A stretch of DNA of 64,000 nucleotides from Eledone cirrhosa (lineage: Eukaryota): NCBI GenBank assembly GCA_964016885.1, contig OZ024740.1, positions 138,198,001 to 138,262,000 on the forward strand. Reading direction: 5' to 3'. The position numbers and the translations under genes are program-made. Within the stretch, counting starts at the first letter, position 1; each line of letters begins with the position of its first letter. Positions 51,801 to 62,250 of this stretch are shown in pieces. The notes beneath the pieces were generated by a model. It was given only the letters and a program-made list of their open reading frames with translations, had not been told where the DNA came from and did no database searches.

Positions 51801-54800
51801 CTCTCAATCTCCAATTCTCTCTTTCTCTTATCACTTTTCTCTCAATCTCCAATTCTCTCTTTCTCTTATCACTTTTCTCTCAATCTCCAATTCTCTCTTT
51901 CTCTTATCACTTTTCTCTCAATCTCCAATTCTCTCTTTCTCTTATCACTTTTCTCTCAATCTCCAATTCTCTCTTTCTCTTATCACTTTTCTCTCAATCT
52001 CCAATTCTCTCTTTCTCTTATCACTTTTCTCTCAATCTCCAATTCTCTCTTTCTCTTATCACTTTTCTCTCAATCTCCAATTCTCCCTTTCTCTTATCAC
52101 TTTTCTCTCAATCTCCAATTCTCTCTTTTTCTTATCACTTTTCTCTCAATCTCTAATTCTCTCTGTTTCTTATCACTTTTCTCTCAATCTCATATTCTCT
52201 CTTTCTCTTATTACTTTTCTCTCAATCTCCAATTCTCTCTCTCTCTTATCACTTTCTCTCTCAATCTCCAATTCTCTCTTTCTCTTATCACTTTTCTCTC
52301 AATATCCAATTCTCTCTCTCTCTTATCACTTTTCTCTCAATCTCCAATTCTCTCTTTCTCTTATCACTTTTCTCCCAATCTCCAATTCTCTCTGTTTCTT
52401 ATCACTTTTCTCTCAATATCCAATTCTCTCTTTCTCTTATCACTTTTCTCTCAATCTCCAATTCTCTCTCTCTCTTATCACTTTCTCTCTCAATCTCCAA
52501 TTCTCTCTTTCTCTTATCACTTTTCTCTCAATATCCAATTCTCTCTCTCTCTTATCACTTTTCTCTTAATCTCCAATTCTCTCTTTCTCTTATCACTTTT
52601 CTCCCAATCTCCAATTCTCTCTGTTTCTTATCACTTTTCTCTCAATCTCCAATTCTCTCTTTCTCTTATCACTTTTCTCTCAATCTCCAATTCTCTCTTT
52701 CTCTTATCACTTTTCTCTCAATCTCCAATTCTCTCTTTCTCTAATCACTTTTCTCTCAATCTCCAATTCTCTCTTTCTCTTATCACTTTTCTCTCAATCT
52801 CCAATTCTCTCTTTCTCTTATCACTTTTCTCTCAATCTCCAATTCTCTCTCTCTCTTATCACTTTCTCTCTCAATCTCCAATTCTCTCTTTTTCTTATCA
52901 CTTTTCCCTCAATCTCCAATTCTCTCTTTCTCTTATCACTTTTCTCTCAATCTCCAATTCTCTCTTTCTCTTATCACTTTTCTCTCAATCTCCAATTCTC
53001 TCTTTCTCTTATCACTTTTCTCTCAATCTCCAATCCTCTCTTTCTCTTATCACTTTTCTCTCAATGTCCAATTCTCTCTGTTTCTTATCACTTTTCTCTC
53101 AATCTCCAATTCTCTCTTTCTCTTATCACTTTTCTCTCAATCTCCAATTCTCTCTTTCTCTTATCACTTTTCTCTCAATCTCCAATTCTCTCTTTCTCTT
53201 ATCACTTTTCTCTCAATCTCCAATTCTCTCTCTCTCTTATCACTTTCTCTCTCAATCTCCAATTCTCTCTTTCTCTTATCACTTTTCTCTCAATATCCAA
53301 TTCTCTCTCTCTCTTATCACTTTTCTCTCAATCTCCAATTCTCTCTTTCTCTTATCACTTTTCTCCCAATCTCCAATTCTCTCTGTTTCTTATCACTTTT
53401 CTCTTAATCTCCAATTCTCTCTTTCTCTTATGACTTTTCTCTCAATCACCAATTCTCTCTGTCTCTTATCACTTTTCTCTCAATCACCAATTCTCTCTGA
53501 CTCTGATAACTTTTCTCTCAATCTCCAAATCTCTCTTTCTCTTATCACTTTTCTCTCAATCTCCAATTCTCTCTTACTCTTATCAGTTTTCTCTCAATCT
53601 CCAATTCTCTCTTTCTCTCATCACTTTTCTCTCAATCTCCAATTCTCTCTTTCTCTTATCACTTTTATCTCAATCTCCAATTCTCTCTTTCTCTTATCAC
53701 TTTTCTCTCAATCTCGAATTCTCTCTTTCTCTTATCACTTTTCTCTCAATCTCCAATTCTCTCTTTCTCTTATCACTTTTTTCTCAATCTCTAATTCTCT
53801 CTTTCTCTTATCACTTTTCTCTCAATCTCCAATTCTCTCTTTCTCTTATCACTTTTCTCTCAATCTCCAATTCTCTCTTTCTCTTATCACTTTTCTCTCA
53901 ATCTCTAATTCTCTCTTTCTCTTATCACTTTTCTCTCAATCTCCAATTCTCTCTTTCTCTTATCACTTTTCTCTCAATCTCCAATTCTCTCTTTCTCTTA
54001 TCACTTTTTCTCAATCTCCAATTCTCTCTTTCTCTTATCACTTTTCTCTCAATCTCCAATTCTCTCTTTCTCTTATCACTTTTCTCTCAATCTCCAATTC
54101 TCCCTTTCTCTTATCACTTTTCTCTCAATCTCCAATTCTCTCTTTTTCTTATCACTTTTCTCTCAATCTCTAATTCTCTCTGTTTCTTATCACTTTTCTC
54201 TCAATCTCTAATTCTCTCTTTCTCTTATCACTTTCTCTCTCAATCTCCAATTCTCTCTTTTTTTTATCACTTTTCTCTCAATCTCCAATTCTCTCTTTCT
54301 CTTATCACTTTTCTCTCAATCTCCAATTCTCTCTTTCTCTTATCACTTTTCTCTCAATCTCCAATTCTCTCTTTCTCTTATCACTTTTCTCTCAATCTCT
54401 AATTCTCTCTTTCTCTTATCACTTTCTCTCTCAATCTCCAATTCTCTCTTTTTCTTATCACTTTTCCCTCAATCTCCAATTCTCTCTTTCTCTTATCACT
54501 TTTCTCTCAATCTCCAATTCTCTCTTTCTCTTATCACTTTTCTCTCAATCTCCAATTCTCTCTTTCTCTTATCACTTTTCTCTCAATCTCCAATCCTCTC
54601 TTTCTCTTATCACTTTTCTCTCAATGTCCAATTCTCTCTGTTTCTTATCACTTTTCTCTCAATCTCCAATTCTCTCTTTCTCTTATCACTTTTCTCTCAA
54701 TCTCCAATTCTCTCTTTCTCTTATAACTTTTCTCTCAATCTCCAATTCTCTCTTTCTCTTATCACTTTTCTCTCAATCTCCAATTCTCTCTCTCTCTTAT

Positions 54801-56300
54801 CACTTTCTCTCTCAATCTCCAATTCTCTCTCTCTCTTATCACTTTTCTCTCAATCTCCAATTCTCTCTTTCTCTTATCACTTTTCTCTCAATCTCCAATT
54901 CTCCCTTTCTCTTATCACTTTTCTCTCAATCTCCAATTCTCTCCTTCTCTTATCACTTTTCTCTCAATCTCCAATTCTCTCTTTCTCTTATCACTTTTCT
55001 CTCAATCTCCAATTCTCTCTTTCTCTTATCACTTTTCTCTCAATCTCCAATTCTCTCTTTCTCTTATCACTTTTCTCTCAATCTCCAATTCTCTCTTTCT
55101 CTTATCACTTTTCTCTCAATCTCTAATTCTCTCTTTCTCTTATCACTTTTCTCTCAATCTCCAATTCTCTCTTTCTCTTATCACTTTTCTCTCAATCTCC
55201 AATTCTCTCTTTCTCTTATCACTTTTCTCTCAATCTCCAATTCTCTCTTTCTCTTATCACTTTTCTCTCAATCTCCAATTCTCTCTTTCTCTTATCACTT
55301 TTCTCTCAATCTCCAATTCTCTCTTTCTCTAATCACTTTTCTCTCAATCTCCAATTCTCTCTCTCTCTTATCACTTTCTCTCTCAATCTCCAATTCTCTC
55401 TTTTTCCTATCACTTTTCCCTCAATCTCCAATTCTCTCTTTCTCTTATCAGTTTTCTCTCAATCTCCAATTCTCTCTCTCTCATATCACTTTTCTCTCAA
55501 TCTCCAATTTTCTCTTTCTCTTATCACTTTTCTCTCAACCTCCCATTCTCTCTTTCTCTTATGACTTTTCTCTCAATCACCAATTCTCTCTTTCTCTTAT
55601 CACTTTTCTCTCAATCTCCAATTCTCTCTTTCTCTTATCACTTTTCTCTCAATCTCCAATTCTCTCTTTCTCTTATCACTTTTCTCTCAATCTCCAATTC
55701 TCTCTTTCTCTTATCACTTTTCTCTCAATCTCCAATTCTCTCTTTCTCTTATCACTTTTCTCTCAATCTCCAATTCTCTCTTTCTCTTATCACTTTTCTC
55801 TCAATCTCCAATTCTCTCTTTCTCTTATCACTTTTCTCTCAATCTCCAATTCTCTCTTTCTCTTATCACTTTTCTCTCAATCTCCAATTCTCTCTTTCTC
55901 TTATCACTTTTCTCTCAATCTCCAATTCTCTCTTTCTCTTATCACTTTTCTCTCAATCTCCAATTCTCCCTTTCTCTTATCACTTTTCTCTCAATCTCCA
56001 ATTCTCTCTTTTTCTTATCACTTTTCTCTCAATCTCTAATTCTCTCTGTTTCTTATCACTTTTCTCTCAATCTCATATTCTCTCTTTCTCTTATTACTTT
56101 TCTCTCAATCTCCAATTCTCTCTCTCTCTTATCACTTTCTCTCTCAATCTCCAATTCTCTCTTTCTCTTATCACTTTTCTCTCAATATCCAATTCTCTCT
56201 CTCTCTTATCACTTTTCTCTCAATCTCCAATTCTCTCTTTCTCTTATCACTTTTCTCCCAATCTCCAATTCTCTCTGTTTCTTATCACTTTTCTCTCAAT
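48840..56300. repeat. Direct tandem duplication of a ~3959-bp (~104-monomer) unit
   Basis: GACTCTGATAAC 49540/53499, GAATTC 49757/53716, ATG variant 50665/54624, and a shared 37-bp monomer near 50017/53976. The later offset is 3883 (51678/55561), i.e. two monomers shorter. Confidence 0.88.
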
Positions 56301-58719
56301 CTCCAATTCTCTCTTTCTCTTATCACTTTTCTCTCAATCTCCAATTCTCTCTTTCTCTTATCACTTTTCTCTCAATCTCCAATTCTCTCTTTCTCTAATC
56401 ACTTTTCTCTCAATCTCCAATTCTCTCTCTCTCTTATCACTTTCTCTCTCAATCTCCAATTCTCTCTTTTTCCTATCACTTTTCCCTCAATCTCCAATTC
56501 TCTCTTTCTCTTATCACTTTTCTCTCAATCTCCAATTCTCTCTCTCTCATATCACTTTTCTCTCTATCTCCAATTTTCTCTTTCTCTTATCACATTTCTC
56601 TCAATCTCCACTTCTCTCTTTCTCTTATCACTTTTCTCTCAACCTCCCATTCTCTCTTTCTCTTATGACATTTCTCTCAATCACCAATTCTCTCTGTCTC
56701 TTATCACTTTTCTCTCAATCACCAATTCTCTCTGACTCTGATAACTTTTCTCTCAACCTCCAAATCTCTCTTTCTCTTATCACTTTTATCTCAATCTCCA
56801 ATTCTCTCCTTCTCTTATCACTTTTCTCTCAATCTCGAATTCTCTCTTTCTCTTATCACTTTTCTCTCAATCTCCAATTCTCTCTTTCTCTTATCACTTT
56901 TCTCTCAATCTCCAATTCTCTCTTTCTCTTATCACTTTTCTCTCAATCTCCAATTCTCTATTTCTCTTATCACTTTTCTCTCAATCTCCAATTCTCTCTT
57001 TCTCTTATCACTTTTCTCTCAATCTCCAATTCTCCCTTTCTCTTATCACTTTTCTCTCAATCTCCAATTCTCTCTTTTTCTTATCACTTTTCTCTCAATC
57101 TCTAATTCTCTCTGTTTCTTATCACTTTTCTCTCAATCTCATATTCTCTCTTTCTCTTATTACTTTTCTCTCAATCTCCAATTCTGTCTCTCTCTTATCA
57201 CTTTCTCTCTCAATCTCCAATTCTCTCTTTCTCTTATCACTTTTCTCCCAATCTCCAATTCTCTCTGTTTCTTATCACTTTTCTCTCAATCTCCAATTCT
57301 CTCTTTCTCTTATCACTTTTCTCTCAATCTCCAATTCTCTCTTTCTCTTATCACTTTTCTCTCAATCTCCAATTCTCTCTTTCTCTAATCACTTTTCTCT
57401 CAATCTCCAATTCTCTCTCTCTCTTATCACTTTCTCTCTCAATCTCCAATTCTCTCTTTCTCTTATCACTTTTCTCTCAATCTCCAATTCTCTCTTTCTC
57501 TAATCACTTTTCTCTCAATCTCCAATTCTCTCTCTCTCTTATCACTTTCTCTCTCAATCTCCAATTCTCTCTTTTTCCTATCACTTTTCCCTCAATCTCC
57601 AATTCTCTCTTTCTCTAATCACTTTTCTCTCAATCTCCAATTCTCGCTCTCTCTTATCACTTTCTCTCTCAATCTCCAATTCTCTCTTTTTCCTATCACT
57701 TTTCCCTCAATCTCCAATTCTCTCTTTCTCTTATCACTTTTCTCTCAATCTCCAATTCTCTCTCTCTCATATCACTTTTCTCTCTATCTCCAATTTTCTC
57801 TTTCTCTTATCACATTTCTCTCAATCTCCACTTCTCTCTTTCTCTTATCACTTTTCTCTCAATCTCCAATTCTCTCCTTCTCTTATCACTTTTCTCTCAA
57901 TCTCGAATTCTCTCTTTCTCTTATCACTTTTCTCTCAATCTCCAATTCTCTCTTTCTCTTATCACTTTTCTCTCAATCTCCAATTCTCTCTTTCTCTTAT
58001 CACTTTTCTCTCAATCTCCAATTCTCTATTTCTCTTATCACTTTTCTCTCAATCTCCAATTCTCTCTTTCTCATCACTTTTCTCTCAATCTCCAATTCTC
58101 CCTTTCTCTTATCACTTTTCTCTCAATCTCCAATTCTCTCTTTTTCTTATCACTTTTCTCTCAATCTCTAATTCTCTCTGTTTCTTATCACTTTTCTCTC
58201 AATCTCATATTCTCTCTTTCTCTTATTACTTTTCTCTCAATCTCCAATTCTGTCTCTCTCTTATCACTTTCTCTCTCAATCTCCAATTCTCTCTTTCTCT
58301 TATCACTTTTCTCTCAATATCCAATTCTCTCTCTCATCACTTTTCTCTCAATCTCCAATTCTCTCTTTCTCTTATCACTTTTCTCCCAATCTCCAATTCT
58401 CTCTGTTTCTTATCACTTTTTTCTCAATCTCCAATTCTCTCTGTCTCTGATCACTTTTCACTCAATCTCCAATTCTCTCTTTCTCTTATCACTTTTATCT
58501 CAATCTCCAATTCTCTCCTTCTCTTATCACTTTTCTCTCAATCTCGAATTCTCTCTTTCTCTTATCACTTTTCTCTCAATCTCCAATTCTCTCTTTCTCT
58601 TATCACTTTTCTCTCAATCTCCAATTCTCTCTTTCTCTTATCACTTTTCTCTCAATCTCCAATTCTCTATTTCTCTTATCACTTTTCTCTCAATCTCCAA
58701 TTCTCTCTTTCTCTTATCA

Positions 58720-61700
58720 CTTTTCACTCAACCTCCCATTCTCTCTTTCTCTTATGACTTTTCTCTCAATCACCAATTCTCTCTGTCTCTTATCACTTTT
58801 CTCTCAATAACCAATTCTCTGTGTCTCTTATCACTTTTCGCTCAATCTCCAATTCTCTCTTTCTCTTATCACTTTTCTCTCAATCTCCAATTCTCTCTTT
58901 CTCTTATCACTTTTCCCTCAATCTCCAATTCTCTCTTTCTCTTATCACTTTTCTCTCAATCACCAATTCTCTCTGTCTCTGATCACTTTACACTCAATCT
59001 CCAATTCTCTCTTACTCTTATCACTTTTCTCTCAATCTCCAATTCTCTCTTTCTCTCATCACTTTTCTCTCAATCACCAATTCTCTCTGTCTCTGATCAC
59101 TTTACACTCAATCTCCAATTCTCTCTTTCTCTTATCACTTTTCTCTCAATCTCCAATTCTCTCTTTCTCTTATCACTTTTCTCTCAATCTCCATTTCTCT
59201 CTTTCTCTTATCACTTTTCTCTCAATCTCAAATTCTCTCTTTCTCTCATCAGTTTTCTCTCAATCTCCAATTCTCTCTTTCTCTTATCACTTTTCTCTCA
59301 ATCTCCAATTCTCTCTTTCTCTTATCACTTCTCTCTCGATCTCCAATTCTCTCTTTCTCTGATCACTTTTCTCTCAATCTCCAATTCTCTCTTTCTCTTA
59401 TCACTTTTCTCTCAATCTCCAATTCTCTCTTTCTCTTATCACTTTTCCCCCAATCTCCAATTCTCTCTTTCTCTTATCACTTTTCTCTCAATCTCCAATT
59501 CTCTCTTTCTCTTATCACTTTTCTCCCAATCTCCAATTCTCTCTGTTTCTTATCACTTTTCTCTCAATCTCCAATTCTCTCTTTCTCTTATCACTTTTCT
59601 CTCAATATCCAATTCTCTCTTTCTCTTATCACTTTTCTCTTAATCTCCAATTCTCTCTTTCTCTTATCACTTTTCTCCCAATCTCCAATTCTCTCTGTTT
59701 CTTATCACTTTTCTCTCAATCTCCAATTCTCTCTTTCTCTTATCACTTTTCTCTCAATCTCCAATTCTCTCTTTCTCTTATCACTTTTCTCTCAATCTCC
59801 AATTCTCTCTTTCTCTTATCACTTTTCTCTCAATCACCAATTCTCTCTGTCTCTTATCACTTTTCTCTCAATCTCCAAATCTCTCTTTCTCTTATCACTT
59901 TTCTCTCAATCTCCAATTCTCTCTTACTCTTATCACTTTTCTCTCAATCTCCAATTTTCTCTTTCTCTCATCACTTTTCTCTCAATCTCCAATTCTCTCT
60001 TTCTCTTATCACTTTTCTCTCAATCTCCAATACTCTCTTTCTCTTATCACTTTTCTCACAATCTCCAATTCTCTCTTTCTCTTATCACTTTTCTCTCAAG
60101 CTCCAATTCTCTCTTTCTCTTATCACTTTTCTCTCAATCTCCAATTCTCTCTTTCTCTTAACACTTTTCTCTCAACCTCCCATTCTCTCTTTCTCTTATG
60201 ACTTTTCTCTCAATCACCAATTCTCTCTGTCTCTTATCACTTTTCTCTCAATCACCAATTCTCTCTGTCTCTTATCACTTTTCTCTCAATCTCCAAATCT
60301 CTCTTTCTCTTATCACTTTTCTCTCAATCTCCAATTCTCTCTTTCTCTTATGACTTTTCTCTCAATCTCCAATTCTCTCTTTCTCTTATCACTTTTCTCA
60401 CAATCTCCAATTCTCTCTTTCTCTTATCACTTTTCTCTCAATCTCCAATTTTCTCTTTCTCTTATCACATTTCTCTCAGTATCCACTTCTCTCTTTCTCT
60501 TATCACTTTTCTCTCAACCTCCCATTCTCTCTTTCTCTTATGACTTTTCTCTCAATCACCAATTCTCTCTGTCTCTTATCACTTTTCTCTCAATCACCAA
60601 TTCTCTCTGTCTCATATCACTTTTCTCTCAATCTCCAAACCTCTCTTTCTCTTATCACTTTTCTCTCAATCTCCAATTCTCTCTTTCTCTTATCACTTTT
60701 CCCTCAATCTCCAATTCTCTCTTTCTCTTATCACTTTTCTCTCAATCACCAATTCTCTCTGTCTCTTATCACTTTTCTCTCAATCTCCAATTCTCTCTTT
60801 CTCTTATCACTTTTCTCTCAATCTCCAATTCTCTCTTACTCTTATCACTTTTCTCTCAATCTCCAATTCTTTCTTTCTCTCATTACTTTTCTCTCAATCT
60901 CCAATTCTCTCTTTCTCTTATCACTTTTCTCTCAATCTCCAATTCTCTCTTTCTCTTATCACTTTTCTCTCAATCTCCAATTCTCTCTTTCTCTTATCAC
61001 TTTTCTCTCAATCTCCAATTCTCTCTTTCTCTTATCACTTTTCTATCAATCTCCAATTCTCTCTTTCTCTGATCACTTTTCTCTCAATCTCCAATTCTCT
61101 CTTTCTCTTATCACTTTTCGCTCAATCTCCAATTCTCTCTTTCTCTTATCACTTTTCTCTCAATCTCCAATTCTCTCTTTCTCTTATCACTTTTCTCTCA
61201 ATCTCCAATTCTCTCTTTCTCTTATCACTTTTCTCTCAATCTCCAATTCTCTCTTTCTCTTATCACTTTTCTCTCAATCTCCAATTCTCTCTTTCTCTTA
61301 TCACTTTTCTCTCAATCTCCAATTCTCTCTTTCTCTTATCACTTTTCTCTCAATCTCCAATTCTCCCTTTCTCTTATCACTTTTCTCTCAATCTCCAATT
61401 CTCTCTTTTTCTTATCACTTTTCTCTCAATCTCTAATTCTCTCTGTTTCTTATCACTTTTCTCTCAATCTCCAATTCTCTCTTTCTCTTATTACATTTCT
61501 CTCAATCTCCAATTCTCTCTTTCTCATATCACTTTTCTCTCAATCTCCAATTTTCTCTTTCTCTTATCACATTTCTCTCAATCTCCACTTCTCTGTTTCT
61601 CTTATCACTTTTCACTCAACCTCCCATTCTCTCTTTCTCTTATGACTTTTCTCTCAATAACCAATTCTCTGTGTCTCTTATCACTTTTCGCTCAATCTCC

Positions 61701-62250
61701 AATTCTCTCTTTCTCTTATCACTTTTCTCTCAATCTCCAATTCTCTCTTTCTCTTATCACTTTTCCCTCAATCTCCAATTCTCTCTTTCTCTTATCACTT
61801 TTCTCTCAATCACCAATTCTCTCTGTCTCTGATCACTTTACACTCAATCTCCAATTCTCTCTTTCTCTTATCACTTTTCTCTCAATCTCCAATTCTCTCT
61901 TACTCTTATCACTTTTCTCTCAATCTCCAATTCTCTCTTTCTCTCATCACTTTTCTCTCAATCTCCAATTCTCTTTTTCTCTTATCACTTTTCTCTCAAT
62001 CTCCAATTCTCTCTTTCTCTTATCACTTTTCTCTCAATCTCCATTTCTCTCTTTCTCTTATCACTTTTCTCTCAATCTCCAATTCTCTCTTTCTCTCATC
62101 ACTTTTCTCTCAATCTCCAATTCTCTCTTTCTCTTATCACTTTTCTCTCAATCTCCAATTCTCTCTTTCTCTTATCACTTCTCTCTCGATCTCCAATTCT
62201 CTCTTTCTCTGATCACTTTTCTCTCAATCTCCAATTCTCTCTTTCTCTTA
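58720..62250. repeat. Diverged duplication at offset 2850 bp (exactly 75 monomers): approx. 58720-59400 vs 61610-62250
   Basis: Private variants CAATAACC ~58809/61659, TTTCGCTC 58840/61690, TTTACACTC 58990/61840, CTCCATTTC 59194/62044 and CTCGATC 59338/62188. Confidence 0.85.
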
